A DNA stretch of 64,000 bases from sequence record MK327934.1; one strand, written 5' to 3'. The DNA comes from Escherichia phage vB_EcoM_G2469. The notes beneath the pieces are model-generated. The model saw only the letters and a list, made by a program, of their open reading frames with translations. It ran no database searches and had not been told where the DNA came from. Positions 8,948-18,786 of the stretch are shown here, piece after piece. The position numbers and the translations under genes were made by a program. Within the stretch, counting starts at the first letter, position 1. Each line of letters begins with the position of its first letter.

Positions 8948-9625
8948 TTATCGCTGTTTTACACTTAACGGGTCAGGATTCTCAGGGACATCTTCAAGGC
9001 CAAGCGCATAACGCTGAGCATATTTTAACATCAAAATATCTTTAGCACAATCATGAATACTATCATGGGCAACGAATCCTTTTAGCGTACCCATCGGTAA
9101 TGGACACATACTTAATCCTCGTGTCAACGAGTAAGCTTCGATTGCCGTACGAATATCGCGTTGAGCCCAGAATTTAACAGGTTCTAATTTATCAGTATCG
9201 ATCTCTGGTTCAAGAACACCTTCATCACGATAGAGGTCACGAATCAAATCGACCAAGATCGGGAAGTCAAAGCTCATACCACGGCACCACATCTGTGATT
9301 TCCATTGGTCAACTTTATTAGCTCGACAATAATCTAAAAAGATTTTAATGCCTTCAAGCGTAGTGACATCGTCTTCAGACGGAGCCAAGTTTTTACGTGC
9401 TTCAGCCGATTGTTCTTTCCACCATTTCATAGTGGATTTAGCGAAAACTCGCTTCCCTTTCTGAGAAGCTAAATTAAATTTAATTCGCTTACCTCGTTGA
9501 ACAAGTTCTTCAAATGATTCAACAACTTCAGGGTCGGAATTATATGCAATAACCGCAAGGTCAATAACAGCCGCTTTTGATGTATTGCCGAATGTTTCAA
9601 AATCTATAATAACATCAGTGCTCAT
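8948..9625 (-). CDS. dexA: exonuclease A, DnaQ-like 3'-5' exonuclease
   Basis: 225 aa; N-terminal IIDFETFG exonuclease motif; sits just before dda as in T4. Confidence 0.8.
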   Translation of the reverse strand: MSTDVIIDFETFGNTSKAAVIDLAVIAYNSDPEVVESFEELVQRGKRIKFNLASQKGKRVFAKSTMKWWKEQSAEARKNLAPSEDDVTTLEGIKIFLDYCRANKVDQWKSQMWCRGMSFDFPILVDLIRDLYRDEGVLEPEIDTDKLEPVKFWAQRDIRTAIEAYSLTRGLSMCPLPMGTLKGFVAHDSIHDCAKDILMLKYAQRYALGLEDVPENPDPLSVKQR

Positions 9626-9634
9626 AATTTTCTC

Positions 9635-10948
9635 TCAAATAAAATGGACGTCAAAACGACCACGAGTCGTGCCTACATACAATAACTGTTTAGCTAATTC
9701 TGAATCAGCATAATGGATACACGGTGTATAAACAAAGGCCGTGTCAACAGACATACCCTGGGCCTTATGGAAGGTTGATACTGGTAGTGCCTTCACCTTA
9801 GTGAACATACGTTTAGCATCCCAGAATTCGCTCCATGGAGCTTTACCACCTTTATTCCAAAATTTGTATGTTTCTGCGGTCTTAGCCAAAAACAAATTGA
9901 ATTTATAAAGCTCTTCTTCGGAAGAAATAACCTTTATATCTTCGCGGACGTATTCTTCATCATTGCCATATGTTTCTACTGTAAGATTCCAGTATCGTAT
10001 CATATATTCGCCTGAAACACCACGTGCTTTAACGAATGTAGACGTTTCTACAGCATCTCGAATACGAACGAATTGCCCGTTATTGAAAAGCATTTCGGTC
10101 ATATTTTTACCATCTAGCTTATATGTCTTAGTAAATGGCTCTTGTAGAACAATGACTTCGTCTTTAATAAATGGTTTTTCTGTTTCAAGAAGTTTTCGGC
10201 GAATAATTGAATTTAACTTGTCCACCGACTTATTTGTGAATGCCATCATTCGATTTTCGAAAAGGTCTTCAGGAGTTTTAACAACGTTAAAATAGTTCAT
10301 CATATACGATTTAAGGTCTGTATATCCATGAACACCGTGCCCATCAACTACTTTATCGTAAATCCATTTGCCATTACGAATATCAGTCGCAACATCAATA
10401 ATTGGTGCATTGCTACGTTTAACTTCTGTAAGGTCGCATTGCACAAAGTCTTTGTGAGTGAAGAAAGGACTTAGATACGCAGTTGATTCGCCTGGGTCTA
10501 CCGGACGAATCTGGCATCGGTCGCCGATTCCAATTACTGTACACCATTTAGGGATACTAGCTAACATTATTTTAAACAGAGAACGGTCGCACATTGACGC
10601 TTCATCAAATAACAGTACACGACACAAGGCTAAGTCGGGAACCTTTTTCTGTTCAAACAATACGTTTTCTTCGTATGTAGTTGGGTTGATTTTAAGAATG
10701 CTATGAATAGTCGATGCTTCTTGACCCGCAAGTTTGCTTAGAACCTTTTTAGCAGCATGTGTAGGGGCTGCTAAAATAATACCTGATTCTCCAGAAGAAA
10801 TAAGGGCTTCAACGATGAATCTAGTAAGGGTTGTTTTACCTGTACCAGCAGGCCCATTAATAGTTACGTGATGTTTCTTTTCTTTAATAGCGTTCATAAC
10901 AACGTTGAAGGCGTTTTTCTGGCCTTCAGTCAAATCATCAAATGTCAT
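9635..10948 (-). CDS. dda: Dda DNA helicase (SF1B)
   Basis: 437 aa; near-identical N-terminus to T4 Dda (MTFDDLTEGQKNAFN...GPAGTGKTT). Confidence 0.95.
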   Translation of the reverse strand: MTFDDLTEGQKNAFNVVMNAIKEKKHHVTINGPAGTGKTTLTRFIVEALISSGESGIILAAPTHAAKKVLSKLAGQEASTIHSILKINPTTYEENVLFEQKKVPDLALCRVLLFDEASMCDRSLFKIMLASIPKWCTVIGIGDRCQIRPVDPGESTAYLSPFFTHKDFVQCDLTEVKRSNAPIIDVATDIRNGKWIYDKVVDGHGVHGYTDLKSYMMNYFNVVKTPEDLFENRMMAFTNKSVDKLNSIIRRKLLETEKPFIKDEVIVLQEPFTKTYKLDGKNMTEMLFNNGQFVRIRDAVETSTFVKARGVSGEYMIRYWNLTVETYGNDEEYVREDIKVISSEEELYKFNLFLAKTAETYKFWNKGGKAPWSEFWDAKRMFTKVKALPVSTFHKAQGMSVDTAFVYTPCIHYADSELAKQLLYVGTTRGRFDVHFI

Positions 10949-11256
10949 CGTAAAGTCCCTGCAATTGGAATACTAACAATACGGCCTGTGTCCAGGATTC
11001 GTTGATACAATCTTTGCGTCTCCGCATCTAGTTTAACGTGTTTCATTTCAAGCTTATTAAACCAGAACTTACGCGGAGTTTCGACCATTCTTAGAACTCC
11101 CATTTTTAAATCTGTTTTATACTGTGTTTTCAAAGTATCGAAAACTTTATCTGCAATATCCTTTCTAAAAAATACTGCAGGACGATGTTCATCAAGTGGA
11201 ACCGGGACAGTAAATCCTTCCATATCTCGATAAACTATTGCATATACATAAACCAT
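10945..11256 (-). CDS. hypothetical protein (dda.1 position)
   Basis: 103-aa ORF, ATG start, 4-nt overlap with dda. Confidence 0.5.
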   Translation of the reverse strand: MVYVYAIVYRDMEGFTVPVPLDEHRPAVFFRKDIADKVFDTLKTQYKTDLKMGVLRMVETPRKFWFNKLEMKHVKLDAETQRLYQRILDTGRIVSIPIAGTLR

Positions 11257-11258
11257 AA

Positions 11259-12005
11259 TTAACCTTTAATCAGTTGGAATAATGATGCGCTAAGTGGTAA
11301 GCCACGTTTCAATTTTAATTTACCAATGAAACTAATCTTTTCAAAACGTTGCAGACCTTGGATAACTTTATCATATGTATCGAAAAGCGATTCAGCGTCA
11401 GTTAATTTAGTTTTAGTTTTCCAGTCAGAGCCTTTAAGAAGAACGTTTAGTTTAGTAAGTTCATGGCCTTCTGCTTGATGTGAGCCATTAATGCGTGCTT
11501 TCAAAGCAACAATTCTAAGTTTAGATTCGTTAGATAAAGGTTGATTTTTCATCATGTTCGCCATATGCTTAACACGATTTTCACGTTTTGCTCGGATTTT
11601 TAAAATAGTACCATAAACATTTTTAATTTGGGCCCATTTCTTCTCGTCGAGATTAAGTTTCTCTACTTTACGGGCAGAAGGATTAGCGATACGTCTTGCA
11701 ATGGCATCACGTTTCACAATAAGTTCTTCTAATGTTAAATCAGAACGAGCAGTGTTATATTTTTTCTTAACCGGGATAACATTACCTTTAATGTAGCCGA
11801 TATCGTTATTAAAACGTTCTAAAGATAATTTCTCACCTTCAACAGAGTTATTGAAAAATTCACCTGAGTAAGCGCAGACCTTTTGATCAAGAATGTTTTT
11901 AAGGTAATTAAAGTCTAAGTTAAAATCCTTAGAGCGTCTCTTCGCAGAAGCTCTGGTGTGGTCAAGACGACGATTGATTTTGTTAATTTTATTATTTGAT
12001 AACAT
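11259..12005 (-). CDS. hypothetical protein (T4 srd position)
   Basis: 248-aa basic protein; identity by position only. Confidence 0.5.
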   Translation of the reverse strand: MLSNNKINKINRRLDHTRASAKRRSKDFNLDFNYLKNILDQKVCAYSGEFFNNSVEGEKLSLERFNNDIGYIKGNVIPVKKKYNTARSDLTLEELIVKRDAIARRIANPSARKVEKLNLDEKKWAQIKNVYGTILKIRAKRENRVKHMANMMKNQPLSNESKLRIVALKARINGSHQAEGHELTKLNVLLKGSDWKTKTKLTDAESLFDTYDKVIQGLQRFEKISFIGKLKLKRGLPLSASLFQLIKG

Positions 12006-12056
12006 AATATTTTCCTCTGTCTTACGGACGTTAAGGTCATTTAGCTGATAAGCTTT

Positions 12057-12085
12057 ATAATATCATGCACTCAGGTAGTGTACAC
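12057..12085 (-). promoter_or_regulatory. early-type promoter (GTGTAC -35, TATTAT -10)
   Basis: 17-bp spacing; about 50-nt leader with agagga SD. Confidence 0.45.
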
Positions 12086-12159
12086 TCTTTTTTCATAAAA
12101 TGCTTTAATTTTTTATATGTTATAATGGTTCTGAGTTCCATCCGGTTATTCCAATTCAG

Positions 12160-12768
12160 TCAGTAACTGACAATAGACAGATTCCAGATTGTATAACGTC
12201 CATCTTGAATAATAGAATCTACACGCAGTGTAGTCCCTATAGGGAGCATAAATTCACATTCGTCAGATATAAGTCTAGCATTAGACCGTCTTGTCGCTTC
12301 AGGGAAAGCTCCATTGAACTCACAAGATGGCGCAGCCAGAATCATGTTAAGCATATGTTCACGGAAGTTGAAAGCAAATGGTGCATCTTTGATGCAGAAC
12401 ATATTAAATGTTCCGTAAAAATTATACGAAGCAAAGTTACGTGCTACACCGAACACTGGGCTGAAGCTCATTACTCTGTCAAATTTAATAATACTACCAA
12501 TGCCTTTATCATCAAGTGTGGCCATAGTTTTCTTAGAGATTCCACGATACATTGTCTCAGGAACAGAAGACGTCCAATTTCTACGAACGATTGAACTTAA
12601 CTCCTGTTGAATACAGTCTGGCTTGTTTTCCATACACTGCCAAAGGACGCTTTGTTCATTATCGTTGAATTGACTATCAATTTCGTACTGCAATACATCT
12701 TGATATTCGGGGTTTTGAGCACGACGAACCATTTCTTCAATTTCACACTCGTTATACGGCATAAACAT
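12160..12768 (-). CDS. modA: ADP-ribosyltransferase ModA-like
   Basis: 202 aa; R / S-x-S / E-x-E ART motifs; paralog of the next ORF; T4 modA position. Confidence 0.65.
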   Translation of the reverse strand: MFMPYNECEIEEMVRRAQNPEYQDVLQYEIDSQFNDNEQSVLWQCMENKPDCIQQELSSIVRRNWTSSVPETMYRGISKKTMATLDDKGIGSIIKFDRVMSFSPVFGVARNFASYNFYGTFNMFCIKDAPFAFNFREHMLNMILAAPSCEFNGAFPEATRRSNARLISDECEFMLPIGTTLRVDSIIQDGRYTIWNLSIVSY

Positions 12769-12796
12769 TTAGGTTTCTCCTGTGGTTGATAAAGGT

Positions 12797-12826
12797 ATAG
12801 TATCATCGTCTGTAGAGTTTGTACAC
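12797..12826 (-). promoter_or_regulatory. early-type promoter (TGTACA -35, TACTAT -10)
   Basis: 17-bp spacing, upstream of modA. Confidence 0.45.
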
Positions 12827-13407
12827 TAAAAATTCAACATTTTCAAATGAATGATTTTGTATAATCGAGATAAAGGGTCATATTCTAAGTCTTCAATTTC
12901 CACAATCTCAAATCTAGAGATACCTGAAACCATGTACTCTTGTTCAGATTCAATCATATCTAGGACGTCAACACGCTTTTCTTCCATAACATGCTTAGGG
13001 TTCTTTCCGGCGAGTACAATGTTAACCATGTTTTGGTAGTAATCAAAAATGAATGGAGCATTCCTGAGACTAAGAATAGTGTACGTCTGATATTCCCAAC
13101 TCCCAGAGAACTGTCTGGCCGTACCAAAGTCTGTTGTAAACGATGTTACTCGTCCAGGAGACCAATGGCATCCAACAGAAAGAAGGGAAAGACGTTCTAC
13201 TTCTTCTGGAGTTACACCACGGTAGAGTTCTACTGGTACTGTAGAAGTCATATGCTTACGAACAAGATGGTCTAATTCATAGTGGAAATCTGGGTCTTCC
13301 TTAGAATCAGTGCAAGCCCAGAGAATGTTTTGTTCTTGTTTAGTGAATTTATCATCAATTAGTGCTGCGAGATATTCGCGTTCTTGAAGTTCAGATTGAC
13401 ATGTCAT
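12826..13407 (-). CDS. modB: ADP-ribosyltransferase ModB-like
   Basis: 193 aa; ART motifs YRG, SFTTDFG, EQEYMVSG. Confidence 0.65.
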   Translation of the reverse strand: MTCQSELQEREYLAALIDDKFTKQEQNILWACTDSKEDPDFHYELDHLVRKHMTSTVPVELYRGVTPEEVERLSLLSVGCHWSPGRVTSFTTDFGTARQFSGSWEYQTYTILSLRNAPFIFDYYQNMVNIVLAGKNPKHVMEEKRVDVLDMIESEQEYMVSGISRFEIVEIEDLEYDPLSRLYKIIHLKMLNF

Positions 13408-13434
13408 GATAGACCTCCATTTAAAGATAAGCCT

Positions 13435-13463
13435 ATCATAACACGAGAGGAGGGAATGTAAAC
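13435..13463 (-). promoter_or_regulatory. early-type promoter GTTTAC-N17-TATGAT
   Basis: upstream of modB; leader has ggagg SD. Confidence 0.5.
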
Positions 13464-13627
13464 TACTTTTTAAGCTTTCCTACTAAAGGTCCATCAGGGA
13501 CAGGTTGTTCTAACATGAATAACGATGCTTTAAAAAGCAATGTCAACCCTTTCACCATTCGATACCATGTCTCAAAGTCTTTTTCCTTGATTTCTAGTAA
13601 GAATTTCTCTTTAAATTTCTCTTTCAT
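13463..13627 (-). CDS. small hypothetical protein (54 aa), not in ORF track
   Basis: ATG overlaps upstream stop as ATGA. Confidence 0.3.
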   Translation of the reverse strand: MKEKFKEKFLLEIKEKDFETWYRMVKGLTLLFKASLFMLEQPVPDGPLVGKLKK

Positions 13628-13803
13628 TTCCAAGGACTCCATGGTGGAGGGTCATCATAATAAGAGGCAAGGTCTTTCAGGGCTTCAACAGGTAAACTAA
13701 AGCCGTGTCGTTGTATAATACTATCTAGTTCATCGACAAGTTCACTACGATGCACTTTAGGAGCCTTGACTTCAGGCTCGTCAAACATACTCATAAGGTC
13801 CAT
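13624..13803 (-). CDS. small hypothetical protein
   Basis: track ORF uses GTG; ATG at 13801-13803 with aggtga SD. Confidence 0.4.
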   Translation of the reverse strand: MDLMSMFDEPEVKAPKVHRSELVDELDSIIQRHGFSLPVEALKDLASYYDDPPPWSPWK

Positions 13804-13804
13804 A

Positions 13805-14269
13805 TTATTCACCTAAATAAAAACTAGCAGGTTCAGAGAATGTTTCTAGTGCTACACCTTTTGTCTTAAAAAATTTCCAAATAGCTCGTTGCAAATGGAT
13901 TAAATCTGCTAATGATGTAATAAAGTATTTTTTGGCAAAATACTTATGGTCTCGCTTTTCAAACAGGTCTAAACGCTTTTCAGGATTCACATAAACAGCA
14001 TTTTCTGTAGATTCGTACCCTAAATCCTTTATGCCTTCTTCAAGACTAAACGGAGAATTTTTAGAATGAGTAATAGCTCCAACTGGCTCTACACGAATTT
14101 TGTAACCTTTAGGAATCTGCAATTTGCAGAATTCTTCTACGATATATTGCGGATTATTTAGACTTTTGTTAATGAGAATAGCTATTTCTAGTGGAGTCTT
14201 ATCTTCTACTGGTATATGTTTAAATGACTTGGCTTCAAGCAAATACATTTTAAATAACATAGCATCCAT
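13805..14269 (-). CDS. hypothetical protein
   Basis: 154-aa ORF, ATG start. Confidence 0.55.
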   Translation of the reverse strand: MDAMLFKMYLLEAKSFKHIPVEDKTPLEIAILINKSLNNPQYIVEEFCKLQIPKGYKIRVEPVGAITHSKNSPFSLEEGIKDLGYESTENAVYVNPEKRLDLFEKRDHKYFAKKYFITSLADLIHLQRAIWKFFKTKGVALETFSEPASFYLGE

Positions 14270-14448
14270 TATAATTTCCTCGATGGTTCACCCATATAAA
14301 GTTTTACAATACGTTCGCCTTCATCTTCGACGAGCTTTTCTTCATGTTTCTGGAATTCTTTAGCCATATTCTCTTCAAGAACATCCAGCCAATCTTCTGG
14401 TCTGACACCATCATTCCAGCTTTTAAACCATTTTACTATTCTGTTCAT
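14269..14448 (-). CDS. small hypothetical protein (59 aa), not in ORF track
   Basis: MNRIVKWFKSW...; ATGA overlap upstream, TAATG overlap downstream. Confidence 0.35.
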   Translation of the reverse strand: MNRIVKWFKSWNDGVRPEDWLDVLEENMAKEFQKHEEKLVEDEGERIVKLYMGEPSRKL

Positions 14449-14681
14449 TCGCAGCTCCCTGAGTCCGAACTACAATCGGAATAACTTGAACCAGAATCTC
14501 CAGACCAGGATGATACGTAAGAATGATTATAACTTGAAGAGTTTGAAGCAGACTTAAGACGAATAACTTCTTCCATCATGCCGTCACCAATGTATTCCCA
14601 ACTTTTTTCGTGTGTATCAGGAATAGGCATCATACCTTCGCCTGGTTTAGCAGCAAACAACTTCTTCAGCATCGTAAGCAT
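14445..14681 (-). CDS. hypothetical protein
   Basis: start moved to ATG at 14679-14681 with gagga SD. Confidence 0.4.
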   Translation of the reverse strand: MLTMLKKLFAAKPGEGMMPIPDTHEKSWEYIGDGMMEEVIRLKSASNSSSYNHSYVSSWSGDSGSSYSDCSSDSGSCE

Positions 14682-14874
14682 TAATTGTTCCTCGAACAAA
14701 ACGAACACCACCATCATCCCAACGGATTTCGGCATTAAATTTGACGTCTTCACCATCCATCATGAATGAGTGTACGACTACGTCATCATAATATCCAAGA
14801 CCGTATTTCAACGAAACTTCTTGTGCAATCAAAGCGCCTAATGTGTTATTAGGTTTAATCCAACGATTTAACAT
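14647..14874 (-). CDS. hypothetical protein
   Basis: 75-aa ORF, ATG start, agagga SD. Confidence 0.45.
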   Translation of the reverse strand: MLNRWIKPNNTLGALIAQEVSLKYGLGYYDDVVVHSFMMDGEDVKFNAEIRWDDGGVRFVRGTINAYDAEEVVCC

Positions 14875-14902
14875 ATTGTTTTCCTCTTGAGTAAGTAAGA
14901 AT

Positions 14903-14932
14903 ATCTTAACACAGTTTTTAGTGGATGTAAAC
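14903..14932 (-). promoter_or_regulatory. early-type promoter GTTTAC-N17-TAAGAT
   Basis: read on minus strand. Confidence 0.45.
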
Positions 14933-14940
14933 TCTAGAAA

Positions 14941-14968
14941 CGAAAAAAGGAATCCCGAAGGATTCCTT
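14941..14968 (-). terminator. intrinsic terminator (ggaatcc-UUCG-ggattcc plus U6)
   Basis: perfect 7-9 bp stem with tetraloop and A6 on plus strand, just downstream of soc. Confidence 0.6.
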
Positions 14969-14975
14969 AAATTAT

Positions 14976-15212
14976 TTAACCACCTACTTCCGTGGGTGTG
15001 AACATTGCTTTGTTCTTAGTACGCCAATCTGCTGCGTCAGTCACCACAGTAGTGTAAGCAGCTTTTTCAGACGGGAAAGTCTGATAATGAGCATCAGCAA
15101 TTCGGTGCTCATTTGAGTAAATCTCAAACGGTACAGAAACTTCCATACCTTTAACTTCTTTACCTTCACCAGCAGGATGCGTAAAGGTTTTGATGTTTAC
15201 ATAACCACCCAT
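14976..15212 (-). CDS. soc: small outer capsid protein Soc
   Basis: 78 aa; GYVNIKTF and AHYQTFPSEKAAY match T4 Soc. Confidence 0.85.
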   Translation of the reverse strand: MGGYVNIKTFTHPAGEGKEVKGMEVSVPFEIYSNEHRIADAHYQTFPSEKAAYTTVVTDAADWRTKNKAMFTPTEVGG

Positions 15213-15243
15213 AATTAACTCCTTTGTTGTTTAATTACAGGTG

Positions 15244-15251
15244 TATTTATA
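15244..15251 (-). promoter_or_regulatory. late promoter TATAAATA
   Basis: exact TATAAATA on minus strand about 30 nt upstream of soc ATG. Confidence 0.5.
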
Positions 15252-15257
15252 ACTTAA

Positions 15258-15779
15258 TTAGTAACCATTATCCTGACGTTCAAAGTTGTGTTGGTTTTTC
15301 AAGTAGTAAAGTTTAAAGATTTCTTCAGCGGAAAGACCCAGACCTTGGAACATATTCAGAACAAAGTGGAGGATATCAATCATTTCAAATTTAATTTCAA
15401 GCTGGTCTTCAGGAGACAGTTCATCGATACGACGATTTCGATATTCAGCATGTTGTGCTTTCCATGGCTTCCATACAGAGCTAGCGGCTTTTTCACCATT
15501 GCTCATACCACCAAGTGAAGTCAGCAGTTCACGGAATTCATCATCAATATAATCTTTCTGATTACGCAGCCAATCAACAACATCACCGGCAGTAGCCAAT
15601 TCATCAGGATGTTTGTTATGTTCAGGCTTGTCATTTGCCAGACGAACCTGTAAAGATTTCTGCATATCAAGCATTACCTGCAGTGGGTCTTTATCTTCGT
15701 GAATCAGAGCATTAAAATAAGCTTCTTCTGCTTTATCAACACCAGAAATAAGTTGTGAACATTCGTTAAAGTGTGCCAT
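15258..15779 (-). CDS. 56: dCTPase/dUTPase, MazG-like
   Basis: 173 aa; size and position of T4 gp56. Confidence 0.8.
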   Translation of the reverse strand: MAHFNECSQLISGVDKAEEAYFNALIHEDKDPLQVMLDMQKSLQVRLANDKPEHNKHPDELATAGDVVDWLRNQKDYIDDEFRELLTSLGGMSNGEKAASSVWKPWKAQHAEYRNRRIDELSPEDQLEIKFEMIDILHFVLNMFQGLGLSAEEIFKLYYLKNQHNFERQDNGY

Positions 15780-15869
15780 TATTTTTTCCTTTCAATTCAG
15801 TAATAAGTGAGTTAATTCTAACATTAATTTTATAAAGCGTAATAAATAATAGGTAACTAAGGAGATATT

Positions 15870-16067
15870 ATGTTTAAACTTCCATCGTTAATCAACGCTA
15901 TTAAAGGCAATAAAAAGAAAACTGCTATCGCTGCAATAGTTGTAGGCGGCATTATTTCATGGAACTTCGGGATTGCGCCATTGTTAGTTGCCCATGGTAT
16001 TATAGTTCCTTCTGTTCCATTGGATACTGTAGTTGATTTGGCCTTTGCTATTGTAGGACTGGTTTAA
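15870..16067 (+). CDS. small hydrophobic membrane protein (65 aa) on plus strand
   Basis: strong SD taaggagatatt then ATG; two predicted TM segments; convergent with gene 61 (4-nt overlap). Confidence 0.4.
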   Translation: MFKLPSLINAIKGNKKKTAIAAIVVGGIISWNFGIAPLLVAHGIIVPSVPLDTVVDLAFAIVGLV

Positions 16068-17086
16068 ATCTTCGAATAACGAGATAATCTCATTTTAGCA
16101 TGCAACCCACTTGAAATATTCTGTTTCATATATTCTAAAATTTCTTGTGGTGTTGCATTTTCTTTCATTACCATATCATTCACATCCTTTGATCTCCATG
16201 GAGCTCGGTCCCAGAACATGACACGTTCGCCTGCATCAACTAATCGCTTCATGCGAGCTATAGTATCCGGATGCCTAGGTTCATTATCCATTACCCATAC
16301 CCGACGTTCTTTAAATGGTACCACATCTAAATCTATCGAGCCGCCTGTAATAGCGATTGCGTTTGGTATGAATAAACTATCAATAGGACCTTCCATTACC
16401 CAGACGTCCCCTTCCTTAACACGTTCAACACCATAAATTTTTGTTGCAGACTCAAACGCTTTAATAGTGATATATTTCTGAGGAGCATCTTTACGAAGTG
16501 CACGTCCTTGGAATGACTCGGCCTTCCCGTCTTTATTAAAAATAGGAATCACTAAACGTGGTTCGGGAATCTCTTTCTTATACGTACCGGGTTGAATCTT
16601 GTTGACCAATTTAGGCCATTCTAATGTGAACCATAATCTGTTCCACGATTCTTTAGGAATACACCGAGACTTAACATATTTCACAATAGGATGCTCTTCA
16701 GGCAACTTGTCCAGACGAGAACAAGACGGTAAAGAATTTATAGTCTTTTTCTCTGGCTCCGGCTTAGCTTCAGGAACCTTTTCAATCTTTGGTTCCATTC
16801 TAGCTTTTTCTTTACGAACTTCCATTAGATATTCGCGATAAAGCTCTTCATCATACTCTTTTAAGTATCCGGAAATTGTATTGTGGTATTGACAGTTATA
16901 GCAATGTACATTACCAGGAGTACCGCCATAATACCATCCGCGAGCTTTCATTGCATCTGTTTGGGAGTCGCCACAAACTGGACATCGAAATGTTAATTTA
17001 AATGTGCTTGAATTATTGATTTGTCTAAAACGAGGTAGGTGAGAAAACGCACGATAAGCAAATTCATTATCTATCCATTCAGCCAT
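16064..17086 (-). CDS. 61: DNA primase
   Basis: 340 aa; N-terminal zinc ribbon CPVCGDS...CYNC; T4 gp61-like. Confidence 0.9.
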   Translation of the reverse strand: MAEWIDNEFAYRAFSHLPRFRQINNSSTFKLTFRCPVCGDSQTDAMKARGWYYGGTPGNVHCYNCQYHNTISGYLKEYDEELYREYLMEVRKEKARMEPKIEKVPEAKPEPEKKTINSLPSCSRLDKLPEEHPIVKYVKSRCIPKESWNRLWFTLEWPKLVNKIQPGTYKKEIPEPRLVIPIFNKDGKAESFQGRALRKDAPQKYITIKAFESATKIYGVERVKEGDVWVMEGPIDSLFIPNAIAITGGSIDLDVVPFKERRVWVMDNEPRHPDTIARMKRLVDAGERVMFWDRAPWRSKDVNDMVMKENATPQEILEYMKQNISSGLHAKMRLSRYSKI

Positions 17087-17125
17087 AGTATTCTCCAGAG
17101 GCCTTAAATTAATAAGGCCATCATA

Positions 17126-17593
17126 TCACAACTTATTAATATTTACTTTAATTCGCTTTCTTTTCTTGGAAGGAATTTGTTCTGGACCTTTATTTACGAC
17201 TGCACCTGTAGTTGTTCCTGATGCAATAGCTTGAGGACTGCCGCCTGAATCACCAGCAACCATATCCTCAAATAAAGGGAGTTCTTTAAATATTTCTTTC
17301 TGTTGTTCTTCCGTAATGTTATAGCGTGAAGCTACAGCACTCCAGGCAGACATCATTGAGGCCATTCCATTAAGACCCGGAACAGTGCTCATCATTCGCT
17401 TCATTGAACGAACTGAAGCATGAAAAGGTGTATACGCCGCTTTCTCTTCGGGAGTAGAAGGACGTTTAAGAACACTTCCACGTTCATCGATGATTTTGGC
17501 TTCATATGCTTTCCATTCGGTAAAAGGTTTTTGCATTAGTCGAATAAACTTATATGCGTAAACAGAATCTATTGCAGTGTTAATAATACCCAT
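17126..17593 (-). CDS. hypothetical protein
   Basis: start moved to ATG at 17591-17593 with aggagg SD. Confidence 0.5.
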   Translation of the reverse strand: MGIINTAIDSVYAYKFIRLMQKPFTEWKAYEAKIIDERGSVLKRPSTPEEKAAYTPFHASVRSMKRMMSTVPGLNGMASMMSAWSAVASRYNITEEQQKEIFKELPLFEDMVAGDSGGSPQAIASGTTTGAVVNKGPEQIPSKKRKRIKVNINKL

Positions 17594-17612
17594 AGGTACC
17601 TCCTGAGTATAT

Positions 17613-17810
17613 TTAATCAATTACAAAGATTGCTTTGTCACCATTTATATCTGTGACTTCATATGTAGTGCCTTCATACTGTGGAATATTCCAAATTACA
17701 CCGTCATTAGCTTTTACGCTAATATGGCATTGGTGTTTTGAAACAACTTCATAATCTTCAAAACTTGTAAAAACACTAATTTTAGAACCAGTGCAAATTG
17801 CAGTAGTCAT
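17613..17810 (-). CDS. hypothetical protein
   Basis: 65-aa ORF, ATG start. Confidence 0.45.
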   Translation of the reverse strand: MTTAICTGSKISVFTSFEDYEVVSKHQCHISVKANDGVIWNIPQYEGTTYEVTDINGDKAIFVID

Positions 17811-17811
17811 T

Positions 17812-18462
17812 TTAACCTCGATTCATAAATGCATTAAATATTTGGTCATCAACAGAAATTTCTAATTCGACTTCAATTGCTTCAGCCTTTTCTTCAGGTG
17901 GTAATTCGTATCCACACACTACAATTTTTTCATCGATATCAAAATATACAGAAGCAATACGATTAATGTTATTTTCAGTTAAGTCTAAATCAACATCAAC
18001 ATCTTTTTGACCTACACTTAAAGGATAACTAATACGGGTTATTTTATTATCTTTAACAAAGAGTCCGCCAACATACTCTGTACTACGTTTGAAGTTTACA
18101 CGTTTCCGAATTGAAAGATATGATGCATCTTTACCATGAGCTCGGCTCATAGGACATAATGAATAGCTAGAATAAGAGATGTCAAATCCTACACCTTCAA
18201 TATGAGCCAACGTGTCATGATTAAACCAATTATAATCATATGCCAAATCCATTATATTGTAATATGTGAAAGGCACAGGATTAACATCATATGTTGTACC
18301 TTTAAAATCTGCCCAGGCAACGATTTCGTTATCTTTAACAATTACAAAAATTACACCGAGATGGTATCCGTTATTATTTTCATTCGGCGTTATATTATAA
18401 CATTGTGCATTAGGAAATTTACCATATTTAAATGGCGCATTTTTGTGCATATAATAAATCAT
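17812..18462 (-). CDS. hypothetical protein
   Basis: track ORF uses GTG; ATG at 18460-18462 with aggtga SD. Confidence 0.5.
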   Translation of the reverse strand: MIYYMHKNAPFKYGKFPNAQCYNITPNENNNGYHLGVIFVIVKDNEIVAWADFKGTTYDVNPVPFTYYNIMDLAYDYNWFNHDTLAHIEGVGFDISYSSYSLCPMSRAHGKDASYLSIRKRVNFKRSTEYVGGLFVKDNKITRISYPLSVGQKDVDVDLDLTENNINRIASVYFDIDEKIVVCGYELPPEEKAEAIEVELEISVDDQIFNAFMNRG

Positions 18463-18463
18463 A

Positions 18464-18757
18464 TTATTCACCTGTGATTTCGGTTACGATATCTTTGTTA
18501 TCGAAATTAGGGTCACAATACAAAACATAGTTGTACTGCATGATACCGCCAGACTTAAGTTGTTCAACAACTTTATTAACCATATTAGGACGGTCTCGTT
18601 TAGTGATGTTCATGATATCAGAGAAGATTTGTTGTTCAACATCTTCTTGATTTGCAGTCATTGACCACTCACAGAGGTCTTTATCATAACCTGCCGTAAC
18701 TGGAGCCGGTGCACATGATACTGCAAGTAAGATTGCTGCCAATGATAACTTTTTCAT
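18464..18757 (-). CDS. sp: spackle-like periplasmic protein
   Basis: 97 aa with signal peptide; same size and position as T4 Sp. Confidence 0.65.
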   Translation of the reverse strand: MKKLSLAAILLAVSCAPAPVTAGYDKDLCEWSMTANQEDVEQQIFSDIMNITKRDRPNMVNKVVEQLKSGGIMQYNYVLYCDPNFDNKDIVTEITGE

Positions 18758-18786
18758 TTTAACTCCTTAGTTGATTTGATAGGACT

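Noticed and set aside
12090-12130. Plus-strand MotA-box-like TGCTTTA followed 13 bp later by TATAAT in the srd-modA intergenic region
   Set aside because: No plus-strand gene lies downstream, so this is more likely chance AT-rich sequence or part of the minus-strand leader than a promoter.
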